NCBI RefSeq assembly: GCF_001194135.2
Contig: NC_068989.1
Coordinates: forward strand, 58,891,082-58,955,081
From: Octopus bimaculoides
Taxonomy: Eukaryota
DNA length: 64,000 nt
Reading direction: 5' to 3'
Every line of letters starts with the position of its first letter. Positions within the stretch are counted from its first letter, which is position 1. This document shows, one piece after another, positions 51,534 through 63,936 of this stretch. Below the pieces are notes generated by a model, which saw only the letters and a program-made list of their open reading frames with translations, ran no database searches and was not told where the DNA came from. The position numbers and the translations under genes were made by a program.

Positions 51534-52000
51534 ATGCCAAAACTATTAACAATTTAATTCAACAATACCGATGTTACTTATATTATGCAAGACTAAATGC
51601 TGCCAGAGATTAAGAACGTTGTTTAAAAATTTTTTTTTTATATTTAAACAGAAACAAGTCTCTTCAACAAACTGGTATCATGGAGAAGACGTGCAAGATG
51701 TTCTGAAAATAATTAGACGTAAAGAAAAACAAATTCACGGTTCAAGGCTTTTATTTATTGCTGAAGTTTATTAGATTTTTATTATGCCGGAACGAAGATA
51801 AGATAACAGCAAACAATATTTAAGGGAGCCTTTGTTTTACATGCTTCATTAAAACTCATAATATACTCCCTTCTCTCTCTCTTGGTTTGTAGAGTGGGTT
51901 ATGAATTTAACGGTAACAACAATAACAGCAACAGCAACAGTAAGCAACACTATTGTTGCAAATGATAATAATAATAATAATAACCATAATAATAATAACG

Positions 52001-52215
52001 GTTTCAAACTTTTGTACAAGGCCAGGAATTTCGGGGTAGGGGGATGAGTCGAATACGTCGACCCCAGTACTCAACTGGTGCTTATTTCTTCGACCCAGGA
52101 AGGATGAAAAGCAAAGTCGACCTCAGCGGAATTTGAACTCAGAATGTAAAGATAGACGAAATGCAGCTGAGCGCTTTGTCCGGTGTGTTAACGATTCTGC
52201 TAGTTTCGCTGCCTT
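52001..52215 (-). mobile_element. SINE family A lying in a (TAA)n tract
   Basis: rc family A; TAA repeats on both sides. Confidence 0.87.
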
Positions 52216-53075
52216 AAATAATAATAATGATAATGCAACAAATCAATATTGGTACAAGCAACAACAACACAAAGGTTTGAAATATTTTTGTTCCTCGAAC
52301 TTCTTATGCAATCTTTCTTCTTTATTTTCTCTCGGACATGAACGGTGCTATTAGGGTTTTTGTTTTTTAATGAAAACAATTTGCTTAGCCCCCACTCACT
52401 CATCTTTGCCCTGTTTCTTGAGAAAGGGATGCTCATGGTGCAATGATTGAGAAAGACACAGAGAGGAAAAAAAAGAGAGACAGAGATAGATTGAGAAAAA
52501 AAGAGAGAAAGAGATAGAAAGAAGGAAAGAAAGGGAGGGAGAGAGGAGAGAGAGCAAGAAATAGAAGATGAAGAAAAAAGAGAAGCTGAAAAGGAAAAGG
52601 CTGAAGAATAAGGAAAGGGAAAATGTGAAGAGGGTGAAAAAGAAGAAAAATAATGGTAAAGAGGAAACCGGTAAACAACAAGATGACTTAATACCAGTAT
52701 TTATTAATATTGCCTTTATCGACTCTAGAAGGATGGAAGACACAACATCTGCGATGTTTGAATTCAACAGGAACAAATTCTTTAAGACATTCCATCTGAT
52801 CCTTTGACCACTCCGTCCTTTTTCACTTTTTCTTTGTTCAATTTATTCCTCAATCGCAATTGCTGAAATTTTAATAAGAACAATATTTTCTTGGAGAGAC
52901 ACCAAGAAATGTTGTAAGAAATTCCATGACTTAAGACAAAAGATATGGAAACTATTAGTATTTATTACTTTTCTCAACTGACGCAAATTGGACAGTGTTC
53001 TCAATTCCCCGGGAACAGTATCAACAATGATAATCGCTTTACTAACGATAAAACTATTATTAATAAGAACAGTAA

Positions 53076-53337
53076 ATAAATAAAATAAATGCGCCCTTTT
53101 AAAGCCTAGCCAGGCTCATGGGCCCGGTTTCCCGGTTTCAATGGCGTATGTGTTCCCCGGCTGGACGGGAGGCCAGTCCATCAGAGCGTTACTCATTTTT
53201 GCCAGCTGAGTGGACTGGAGCAACGTGAAATGAAGTGTTTTACTCAAGAACACAACGCGTCGACCGGTCCAGGAATCGAAACTACAATCTTACGATCATG
53301 GTGTTGACACCCTAACCACTAAGCCACGCGCCTCCAC
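53076..53337 (-). mobile_element. tRNA-derived SINE, family D, with 14-bp TSD
   Basis: rc head GTGGAGGCGCGTGGCTTAGTGGTTAGGG...GTTTCGATTCCTGGACCGG; (ATTT)-type tail; AATAAGAACAGTAA at 53062-53075 and 53338-53351. Confidence 0.92.
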
Positions 53338-53467
53338 AATAAGAACAGTAAGGGCACTACTATTACCACTACTAACAACAATGCAACAGTAGTAGTAACA
53401 GCAGTGGCACTAACTGTGATGCTAATTGCAACGGCAATATATATATNNNNNNNNNNNNNNNNNNNNN

Positions 53468-53506
<39 letters not shown>

Positions 53507-54532
53507 ACAAAATAAAACATCCAAGCAAGATAATTCCAAAATAATCCTATATTGCTGCCTTCATATATTTATCTGATCCAATAATTTCCTATCTTCTGCC
53601 TTGCAGCGACAAGATAACCTTGTCTAATAAAGTTAAAATTATTCGTGCTTTAATTGGGTTTAATAGAAAAGAAACGCTGTATATGCATCAATCTGTTTTA
53701 GTCTGCTGAGGCAGCTGTATCCAGCGGAAATATAAACTTGGGATAAATAGTGGTGATTCTAAATATATGAGTTTAGAGAAACATTAAACACTCTATAGAA
53801 CACCAATGTTGGTTTACTGTGTTGTTTTTTCTTGCCTGGGTTTCAAAATAAATACAAAACTAGACAGACAAATACATGTGAAGTTTATGAAGTTTTTAAA
53901 TATTTTTCTCCTACGCACCTTCTCAATATTTCCACTTCATATTATGTTCAATCCGCTATAATCTAATAAAAGTTATAAACGACATCTAACCTTTGAAAAC
54001 ATCAAGAAAAGTAATTGTCTTAAAAACAGTGTTGGTAAAATATTTGAAAGATGTCTTGTCTGGGAAGTATGCCCTTTATTATTAGCTCGGCGGGAAGTTT
54101 TATATTTTCTTATAGTTACATGAAAGTATGAATCTTACAATATATCAACTCTACTGCTATGTCAACTCTGCTACACGCCAGATCTTTTGACTTTTCCTCA
54201 AGTAGCTATTCATCACCGCTAACTCCATTCGTAACATTTCTTTGTATCAGTTTAAATTCAACACGTTAACGTCAGATGATCTCACCAGGGCTATATATTT
54301 CTGCAATCAATTAAGCGTATCATCTTGTCTTTTACATTAAATCTGACTCTAAAACTAAAAAACTATATTTCAGAGAAGATGGCATAAACAACCTTTTTAA
54401 TGAAAATGTCCCGTTATAAACAATAATTGTTGTGGAAACAAATAGACACAATGCTATTTTATATTTTGAAATGGGACACAATGATGTTTAAATGTAATCA
54501 AATGGGATATAATGTTATCTAATATTATAAAA

Positions 54533-54697
54533 TGTTGTGTCGACGCCCCCAAGCGGAGAAGTAGGATCGCCCAAGACATATAAATAGAGGTAGTCTAGCC
54601 GTGGTAGAGGAGTTGAGTAGCAAACGAGTAGCAGTTGTGTAGCGGTTGAGTAGAGATCATCCGAAGGTGCTAGATAGCAGTAGCTTGAGACATAACA
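54533..54697 (+). mobile_element. 5' LTR of a Gypsy-like retrotransposon (165 bp)
   Basis: TGTTGTG...CATAACA inverted termini (6/7), internal TATAAATAG, primer-binding site immediately downstream. Confidence 0.8.
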
Positions 54698-54698
54698 G

Positions 54699-54711
54699 TG
54701 GCGACGAGGAT
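54699..54711 (+). promoter_or_regulatory. Primer-binding site complementary to the 3' end of tRNA-Ser(GCU)
   Basis: TGGCGACGAGGAT one nt after the LTR end; complementary to ...AUCCUCGUCGCCA of eukaryotic tRNA-Ser(GCU) as recalled. Confidence 0.75.
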
Positions 54712-54829
54712 TCGCAGCTCACACAACCACTGTGTAGTATTGTGACATAACATAAAATCTCCATCAAAGTGAGTTTATATCAAATACAGTTGGAGGGTGG
54801 CACATATCTAATACAGTGAGATGAATGAC

Positions 54830-55140
54830 TTGGATTAACTGGGATTTTACGTTCAATTAATAGACAAAATGTTATCTAGGAGTGGATTTCAACCCTAAAC
54901 TACAACTTGCAAGAAAGTAAACTTCAATAGAATCAATTAATTGAAATTTTTGAAAATACATGAAATATTGTATGAGAGTAGATCTTGAAGGAAACTCGTA
55001 AGAACAACAGATAACAGCAATATAAACAGGTTACGGTTTTAATTAGACCTCCTCAGCGAAACGGTTTTTACATGTGGCAGGATTAAGAGAGATCCACAAT
55101 TGCTCGCTGGGAATTGTAGCCTAGAGAAGAAAATTGCCAG
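54830..55140 (+). mobile_element. Decayed Gypsy gag remnant
   Basis: LDLLSETVFTCGRIKRDPQLLAGNCSLEK loosely resembles L...LRDRLVCG....IQ..LL.E..LTLEK of Mag-type gag; frameshifted; no pol or 3' LTR seen. Confidence 0.45.
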
Positions 55141-55519
55141 TATATCACGTAGGATCACAGCCTACAGCTCAAACTGTGTTGTTTCATCGTCCACTGTAAC
55201 CACTCACAGCATGGTGTTTATGCATGTGGCCCCAAAGGCTCGAAAGGCATATGCTTTTAACATGGTGATAATTTTACCCCTAATATTTTTAATAAAATAC
55301 TTCTTGAAGCGGATTCATATTTACATCTAACAGTCACCAAAAGAATGAGAATCTGCGCTGCCGTTATCTGTGTCTCACAGAAACTGACTGAGTATCATCC
55401 GATTAAAAGTTTTACCGAAATACAAATCAGACTGAGACTGTACTTATCCGGATTTAGTAACAAGAATTATGTTTGGAAGGGATTACTGTTTGGTCTTTCC
55501 ATTCATTTTCTATTTTAGA

Positions 55520-55950
55520 TATTTAACAAAATGTCACCCAGGTCGCAGTTCTTGAGCACCTCAGATAAGATAGTGTTAGGTCCAACACCATTTCTTGGCT
55601 GACACTCTTTAGCTCAGATACATTAAACATGTAGTTATCAGTGTCAATGTGAGTAAGGATAGTTGAGACATCTTCATCTTCACTTGAGGGATTTCCTTCG
55701 ACGTTCTTGAAATACATGAGTTACCTTCGCATCCAGCCATCAGAAGTGTTTCTGTTGGTCTCACCTACTTTGGACTTTCTCCTTTCACTAATCTCGTTTA
55801 TGAGCCATCATACTCCAACTGGCTTCTTGTTTTTGATGCTTATCTCCACCTCATTCATCAGCTGGACTAACTTTTCTTCCTTCAGTCATTCCTACACCTC
55901 AAACGACTGGATTTTGGTAGATTTCAACTTGTCCTGAAATTCATCTGATT
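55520..55950 (-). mobile_element. LINE (RTE/RTE-X-like) endonuclease-RT linker remnant
   Basis: WLINEISERRKSK...WM..*LMYFKNVEGNP...FNVSEL resembles the W..INE.SGRK...W..HFKNLLG.P...FT..EL linker. Confidence 0.55.
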
Positions 55951-56598
55951 TCTTCGTGTAGGATTCTTCAAAATACTGATTAACCACGCCCCAAGCTGTT
56001 GAGATTATCTATGTAAGTTACTTTATTGCTTCAGTGTTTGCCTCAAGGAGGTGTTGAAAGCAATCAGTGGTATTCTCTCTGTTCAGCAACGAGAAACAAC
56101 TCCTGATTTCGATATTTGTACCAGATCTACTTGGATAGTCACAGGCCACATTCTTACTTTTATGGATAAAAATTTATGATATCTATCCTTATTTGATTAT
56201 AATTAACAACAAAAAATACGTTACGGAAACCATAGCACGTAGAAATATACTTGAAACAATGCGCAATGGTGTTCGTTTCAATTTTTGCTAAAATGAGGTG
56301 AAGCAGGTTCTACTAAGGAGTTGCTAACTGGTGGTAATAAGAAATGGAAACTGTATTTAGATAATGTGAAATATTAATTGTATTACAAGTAATATTGTTA
56401 TAAATAGAAAGCTCTATTAAATATTAAAATAGTGACTGCACTGAGGGGTTGCTAATTAGTGTTAGTATAAAGTAGAAGCTGTAATGCTCATTAGGGAATT
56501 TCAAATAATTTTATATTTTATTAAACCTGGATCAGTTAGAAAGAATTTTGGACAGAAATCTCATAAATCGCTGTAATAAACAAACTTTAATATTTGAT

Positions 56599-56705
56599 AT
56601 CTCTGCCTCATTCATCAGGTGGACTAACTTCACTTCGTTCAGCCATGCGTACACCTCAAACGATTGAATCTTGACAGCTTTCAACTTGTCCTGAAATTCC
56701 TCTGA
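56599..56705 (-). repeat. Second, diverged copy of LINE segment 55842-55948
   Basis: ATCTC..CCTCATTCATCAG.TGGACTAACTT...TACACCTCAAACGA...TTTCAACTTGTCCTGAAATTC shared; roughly 80% identity by eye. Confidence 0.8.
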
Positions 56706-56916
56706 GGTGGGGAGCTGGCAGAATCGTTAGCACGTCGGACAAAATGCTTAGAGGCATTTCGTCCGTCTTTACGCTCTGAGATCAAATTCTGCCAAGGTCA
56801 ATTTTACCTTTCATCCATTCGAGATTGATAAAATAAGTACCAGTTGATCACTGGGGTTGAAGTAATCGACTCATTCCTTTCCCCGAAGTTGTTGACCTTG
56901 TGCCAGAGTTTGAAAT
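56706..56916 (+). mobile_element. SINE family A
   Basis: GGTGGGGAGCTGGCAGAATCGTTAGCACG head; GATTGATAAAATAAGTACCAG core; TTGTGCCAGAGTTTGAAAT tail. Confidence 0.88.
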
Positions 56917-57605
56917 CTATATTAAGTAGAACTATAAAGAGTGGTGGATAGCCTACTTGATAGTGCACCAAACAAAGTGTCTTGTAGGAATTAATACATC
57001 TGCTTATGTTATGAGTTCAAATTTTGGTTTTATCTTCTCTATAAAGTAAAAACAAAAAGCCTATAAAATCAGTATCTAATCAACTACCGAGGATCGATAA
57101 GGACTCACAGCAAGAATATGCATATTCAACAACATAGATTACTTTGTTTTTGCAGCTACGGATTGCACTTACACCGAGTTGATGTTTTTAAAAAAGTTGT
57201 ATCAAATGATTGCATTTCAAGGCAGCCTATTGAAGAACTCAGTTTATCATAATCTAAAACATTAATTCGTGTGTTTATAGAGCATAATTGATGCTAATGA
57301 ATGACAAATGTTTGTCATTACTTAAGAAAAAATCAGTGTTAATCTGTTGCTAAAGTGTAATAGGGTATGTCCAAATTAAAACTGAATTAATCAATGCTAA
57401 TTAAAAAAACTAAAATTAGTATTGCATATGTATATGTAAATAAGTAATTATTGAAGAATCATTTCAGAAGTTTTATGCAGTGAAAGTTTTTAAAACGCTG
57501 CCCTTGAAGAAATGAATCATATTATGTCAGGTGTTTTTTCCTAAATTCTCTTTGTTTTGCTTTCGTATAGCTGTAAAAATATACGTCTGTGCATTTAAGG
57601 CATCA

Positions 57606-57718
<113 letters not shown>

Positions 57719-58629
57719 AGTGGTACTGTAACCACCGACTCAGTATATTTATACAACGTTTCTTTGCTACTCCAAAAATACCACAATGGTTTTGTACTAC
57801 TTATGTTTTGTGTGTAACCCTAATGGGAAGACTCCCCTTATAAACGAAAACCCTTTCTCTGACAGAAACTTTGGTAAATAATTACCTACCTACCTTAGTG
57901 AGAATACCATTTTAAGACTTTGAGTAAGTTGTCGTTGATAAAAATGGCTACACTGAGTCAAGTGTTTCCCTACTGATTTTTTTATTACTTGCAATAGCAA
58001 TAAATTTTTTCTTTTGACACTTTCTTGCTTGTCTTGTTTATTCCATAAATCAGCTTCTCTTTGCAGTATTTTAGTATTCTTTTACTGTTTCCTCAAACTT
58101 CAAATTTTTAGAGAAGTGACGTCTTTTGTATTTATTGCGTTTTCATAACAAAAAAAAAACAACAAAAAACAAAATAACATTACCATCATTTGAGTCATGT
58201 CGAAGGGTGGAACTAATGCTTACGTTCTCATCTTTTCGTCATTCATAATTTGCATTTATTGTTAGAATTCACGCGAACCCATTAAAAATTTTCTGTTCAG
58301 TTCCTGCTGGTTATATACACACACACACGCACGCACACACGCACGCACACACTCACACACTCACACACACACATTTATATGTATATGTATGTATGCATAT
58401 ATGTCTGTATATATATATATACATATACATATATATGCATGTGTGTGTGTATATATGTGTGTATGTATATGCGTGAATGTAGGTGTGCATGTACGTATGT
58501 ATGTCAGCTATCATCTTCTTGCAATTACTCTACTTCCTCTGGTTCTGTAGCTGAGACTCAGATTTCGAAGCTAAGAACCTTGAAATACTCCACATTTTTC
58601 TTGATATTGCTTACCAGTTGTTGACTCAC

Positions 58630-58717
58630 TTCGGCATGAAGCCCTTGTCCCTGAACGCAACACTTATCTCATGAGAGTGAATCCATAATGCAAATTTGTA
58701 AACGTCAACTCGTTCTC
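58630..58717 (-). CDS. Candidate coding exon (88 nt, phase 1 to 2): (G)ERVDVYKFALWIHSHEISVAFRDKGFMP(K/N)
   Basis: Acceptor ccctacaaatttgatcAG|, donor GAA|GTGAGT; open only in the frame set by the upstream exon. Confidence 0.45.
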
Positions 58718-59067
58718 CTGATCAAATTTGTAGGGAAATTATATGGATTTGATGCAGACCTTACAAAACAAATCTAACAAATATGTTTGAAAACATTCTC
58801 ATTGTATTCAACTGTTCGAATTTTATAAAAAAAATTGATTAATTTATATCTTCACTGTGGTCTCTAAATATTGTAGATATAAGAATATGCGTACCTTCCA
58901 AAGTTTAATCAAGTCTATCAGGAATAATAGTTCGTTCACAAATTTGCTTGTGATAGCATGGAAGAAATACGGGTCTGAATCAGCACTGCAAAGAACATAT
59001 TTAAATTGTTTGTCTGTATGTCTGTCTATCTGTCTCTCGGTATCTCTTTTCCTTCCCTCCTCTTCCG

Positions 59068-59069
<2 letters not shown>

Positions 59070-59127
<58 letters not shown>

Positions 59128-59230
59128 ATTCTCTCTCCCTTCTTTCATTCTCTCTGTATGCGTGTGTGTGTGTGTGTGCGTGTATGCGTGCGTGTGTGCG
59201 TGCGCATGTGAGCATGTGTATGCATACACA
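59070..59230. repeat. (CT)n and (GT)n microsatellites
   Basis: Direct inspection. Confidence 0.93.
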
Positions 59231-59394
59231 TCTTTTAGAAACCGGATTACGTTGGACACATGCGTGTATGATTATGCATGTTTATGTGTGTAGCATTTGG
59301 CGATGTATGTCAATGAAAGATGTAAGGCTTCGGCAAATACACCGATAAACAGGTGCATTCGACCTAAAAATTCCTTGCAAAATTTGTTCCGTAC

Positions 59395-59468
59395 CTCGTT
59401 GAACAGACCACACTTCGTCGCTCTCGCCATCGTAAATGCATTGAACCAATAATCGGCCAGTTAGATAC
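59395..59468 (-). CDS. Candidate coding exon (74 nt, phase 2 to 1): (R)YLTGRLLVQCIYDGESDEVWSVQR(G)
   Basis: Acceptor tccttggttacAG|, donor GAG|GTACGG; GC-richer than flanks; joins in frame to 58630-58717 across a 677-nt intron. Confidence 0.45.
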
Positions 59469-59514
59469 CTGTAACCAAGGACGCTATTGTTCTCAAAATG
59501 ATACATAAAATGAA

Positions 59515-59548
<34 letters not shown>

Positions 59549-59822
59549 ACAGCAGCAACAACACCTGCATGTTAATTCCTTCAAAACCACCACCACCACC
59601 AGCAGACATAAAATCATGCTCCCCCACCATCACCTACAGTATCAGTAAACACACGAAAGCTAACACTATCACTACCTCACCCAGCAGTGACCATTATCTT
59701 TATCATTGATTGGACGTCGAATATAATGATGCAAGAGCCAGGAAATACGCCGCAATTAGTGACCAGTTCCAAGAATTTCTAATTGCAAGCTCAATCATGA
59801 GAAAACAGATATACTTGTGTAC

Positions 59823-60011
59823 CTGCGCATTATATGCCCCATACATTCCGTCTCCAGCATGTCATGATTCCGAACTCTATATTTCACATATAATTCGAGA
59901 ACGCTTTCTCTCCTCGTCGGGACAGTATCATTACTTAAGTGATATTCTAATCCATGGCTCTTACCTCCCTTTCCACAATATACCCAGATCGGTTCCTTGT
60001 TCCCGTTCTCA
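59823..60011 (-). CDS. Candidate coding exon (up to 189 nt, phase 2 to 2): ENGNKEPIWVYCGKGG...DMLETECMGHIMR; 5' boundary uncertain
   Basis: 62 stop-free codons; donor CAG|GTACAC in the phase required by 59395-59468 (354-nt intron); acceptor ggttttacAG| is weak, so translation could instead start at the internal ATG of MLETEC. Confidence 0.33.
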
Positions 60012-61786
60012 CTGTAAAACCTGTAATCGCTTCCGTAACATTCTTAACCTTTAGGGTTTTAGAATTATTTTCTGAGCCGCAAATCGTTTCGCTTGCACAT
60101 TCAAGAATGTAATTTATTGCTTACAATGCCAGCTTTATAGTATATATACACACACACACATGTGTGTGTGTGTGTTGAAGATTGCTTGATCACTTTATAA
60201 TGTATGTACAATGGCGCTAGATAGAGCACTCCTACCATCATACTTTCGTGGACTTCTATGACCATAACGGATACCCATCACCGACATGATCAGCAGCTAA
60301 TTTACCCTCTGGGGATCTTACTACCGGCAGAATCAAAACTCAGTGCATTTTCTTCTTTTACCGACTATGACTTTTCAATAACTCACTTGTTATGTTCTTG
60401 GATAACCTACTTATGTTTTCCTCTCAGATTTTTTTCCTGATTTAAAGATTTTCTTCTATATCTTGAGAGAGGACTTTCCTAGAAAGATTGATACCATTTT
60501 TCCTACTTGCCCAAATAACTAAATTTATTGCTGTTTTTTCTTTACTTTTAAAAGATCTTATTTGATAAAGTGACACTTGCGTATATTTTCGTTATTAATT
60601 TTATTTAGCTCTATTTTGTAATGCTATACAGGATAAAATCTCTGACATTAAAGAGAAGGAAAATTTGGCAAATATTTTCGGATAGAAAGTTGTAGCCAGG
60701 GCAGAATAAAGAAAAGAAAGAAAATGTTGCAATCAAAGAAACGATTGCCAATAATTACTCACCAAGTAAGAACATTGAGATAACAGTGTGTTAAGGACCC
60801 AGGAAACAAATATAGAGAATTCCTTGTACATAAAGATGAAATTGTACAAAAACAGCAACAATTCACGTAAAGAAGTAGGAATAGTTTCCTTTAATTGAAA
60901 AGACTACAGTTTCACATAAGAAGTTTCTTTACTCAAGTCGCTTAAGACAGCTGAAGCTCAGTTACTATAAAATAGTTGGTATAAAAATGAGACGCCTCCG
61001 CCTCATAATCCTTATATGAGTAATTCAAGGCACAGCAATAGAAATATTGGGTAAATATCACATCAGATTAACCGATGAATTCGATTATTGAAAAACATTA
61101 AAAAGAAGTAATTAAGACATCATATAACAGAGGCAGGTTCAATTCTCACCAAGCACTCATATTTTATCCTCTTATCACTTGTATTTCTAACCAGATTTAA
61201 ATATTAATATAAACATAAAGTCATCTTTTAATCCTAGTTTATCTTCTCCCATAAAGAAATTTGAGTAATTGTTGAGATGATATATTTGAAATCAGAACAA
61301 ATTGGGCCTTATTTGCGGTGCGACAAGACAAGTGCAAATGAAAGAAATTCTTCGGCTGGTAAAAATATTACGATGATAGTTTCTAAAAATAGGATCTGAA
61401 AATGACATTTTGACTACTTATGGTCCTCAGTGTAAATGGCCCGCCAACACGTCAACATACAGCCCATTCTCACCAAGTCCTCACTTTTAATTCTGCTATT
61501 TCTTTTTTAATGTGCCATTTGGGGTTGCACTCTCATATAGTTTTAAACAATATAAATACATATTTGTCATTCTAGACTAGAATATCCACCACCCCCGCAA
61601 AAGAAAAATAATAAATAATGTAATTTAGTATTTTGTTTTGTCTAAAATATTCCCCAAGACGTTGACACAAATCTCTCTACAATCATAAAAAAGGGGATTT
61701 TTTTCTAACGTGGAATGAAAGCTAAAATGATTTAGAATTTCTGTTGCAAAACGGCTGAGTTATTTATTAATCTAAGCAGAGGCTGA

Positions 61787-61839
<53 letters not shown>

Positions 61840-62274
61840 GTGTATATGTGTATGTATGCATGTATGCAAAATTATATATATGAGCACACACATGCACACA
61901 CACACACACACACANNNNNNNNNNNNNNNNNNNNNNNNNNNNNNNNNNNNNNNNNNNNNNNNNNNNNNNNNNNNNNNNNNNNNNNNNNNNNNNNNNNNNN
62001 NNNNNNNNNNNNNNNNNNNNNNNNNNNNNNNNNNNNNNNNNNNNNNNNNNNNNNNNNNNNNNNNNNNNNNNNNNNNNNNNNNNNNNNNNNNNNNNNNNNN
62101 NNNNNNNNNNNNNNNNNNNNNNNNNNNNNNNNNNNNNNNNNNNNNNNNNNNNNNNNNNNNNNNNNNNNNNNNNNNNNNNNNNNNNNNNNNNNNNNNNNNN
62201 NNNNNNNNNNNNNNNNNNNNNNNNNNNNNNNNNNNNNNNNNNNNNNNNNNNNNNNNNNNNNNNNNNNNNNNNNN

Positions 62275-62594
62275 TTGTAAGCCTAGTACTTATTCTATCG
62301 GTAACTTTTTGCCGAACCGCTAAGTTACGGGGACGTAAACACACCAGCATCGGTTGTCAAGCTATGTTGGGGGGACAAACACAGACACACAAACACACAC
62401 ACACATATATATATATACATATACATATATACGACGGGCTTCTTTCAGTTTCCGTCTACCAAATCCACTCACAAGGCTTTGGTTGACCCGAGGCTATAGT
62501 AGAAGACACTTGCCCAAGGTGCCACGCAGTGGGACTGAACCCGGAACCATGTGGCTGGTAAGCAAGCTACTTACCACACAGCCACTCCTGCGCC
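62275..62594 (-). mobile_element. SINE family B, low-divergence copy (3' end lost in the gap)
   Basis: rc head GGCGCAGGAGTGGCTGTGTGGTAAGTAGCTTGCTTACCAGCCACATGGTTCCGGGTTCAGTCCCAC; GGCACCTTGGGCAAGTGTCTTCTACTATAGCC core. Confidence 0.92.
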
Positions 62595-63101
62595 TATATA
62601 TTCAGTAAACGCATACTTTCAGCCCCATTTAGCTCTATGCAAATATACATATACTGTAAAATATGCAAAAGCTACCATTTTCTCTATGGTCAGAAAAATT
62701 GTAAACCATAATGCAATGAGCAGTCAGAAATCGCTGAAACTAATCGGGTCTATTCATTTTCTGCTAAAAAGACAAATATTTAGGGTTTACCAGAGTGCCT
62801 ATTGTTTATCCCAAGGTTAAAATTTATGTCTGCTAAAACACATGCTTCTAAGTTTACCTTATATCTGTATTTAGCTTAACGTTTTGTTCCTCTTCTACTA
62901 ATTGATTCTATCATGATTCTATAATGCTGTTATTCTTCTTCTTGCCAACACTGAAGATCTTTTGCAAATTAGGCCCCCAAAATTTACTTCTCTCTAGGTT
63001 TGTATGTAGTTATCAGTTGCTTTTTTTCGACGAAATAAAAAGAAGAAATCTTCAATCTCTGTTGAAACGGTGAACAAAATTGAAACTAATCAAACTAATG
63101 T

Positions 63102-63133
<32 letters not shown>

Positions 63134-63368
63134 NNNNNNNNNNNNNNNNNNNNNNNNNNNNNNNNNNNNNNNNNNNNNNNNNNNNNNNNNNNNNNNNNNN
63201 NNNNNNNNNNNNNNNNNNNNNNNNNNNNNNNNNNNNNNNNNNNNNNNNNNNNNNNNNNNNNNNNNNNNNNNNNNNNNNNNNNNNNNNNNNNNNNNNNNNN
63301 NNNNNNNNNNNNNNNNNNNNNNNNNNNNNNNNNNNNNNNNNNNNNNNNNNNNNNNNNNNNNNNNNNNN

Positions 63369-63403
<35 letters not shown>

Positions 63404-63936
63404 CATATGTATGTGTATATATGTAAGTACGTAAGTACGCATAAGAATTCGTACATAAATAGAGAGCTTGAAAGAGAGAAATAGAGGGAGAGATATGTAA
63501 ACTATTGCTATATTTCCCTGTAGTCAGAAAAACGTGATCAATCGTATTAGTTTCAGAGGTTTTTACTGTTTCATCAACGAACTTTTACTTGTTCTTTTGA
63601 CTGCAGAGTAAAACATGTAATATAAAATCAGTAGAAAAAGTTCATAGTGAAGCAATAAGTATGTATGTATGTATGTATGTATGTATGTATGTATGTATGC
63701 ATGTGTGAGTTTTCGCATGAGTGCTACTGGTAACATGGAATCCAGTACAACCCGTTGCATGGTCGGATCGTTGGTGAGTAAATCCTAATAGGTTTGACTG
63801 GTGAGGAGGGTTGCTAGAAACACTGCAGGAATAATAAGAAGACCTGTGAAAAGTACAAGTGAATCTAGTGTACTTTCAATGACTATCTAGCAGGAGCACG
63901 GTATGCTGAACACCAACCCTGAATATATATATATAT

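Noticed and set aside
52396-52807. Lys/Glu-rich and Phe/Leu/Ser-rich ORFs
   Set aside because: Purine-rich low-complexity tract read on both strands.
58660-58700. JAMM/MPN metalloprotease motif (WIHSHEISVAF vs WIHTHPTQTAF)
   Set aside because: The conserved Pro, Ser and zinc-binding Asp of H-x-H-P-x6-S-x2-D are absent.
59710-60054. 114-aa plus-strand ORF
   Set aside because: No recognisable motif or splice context; overlaps the better-supported minus-strand exon candidate. Not excluded without RNA data.
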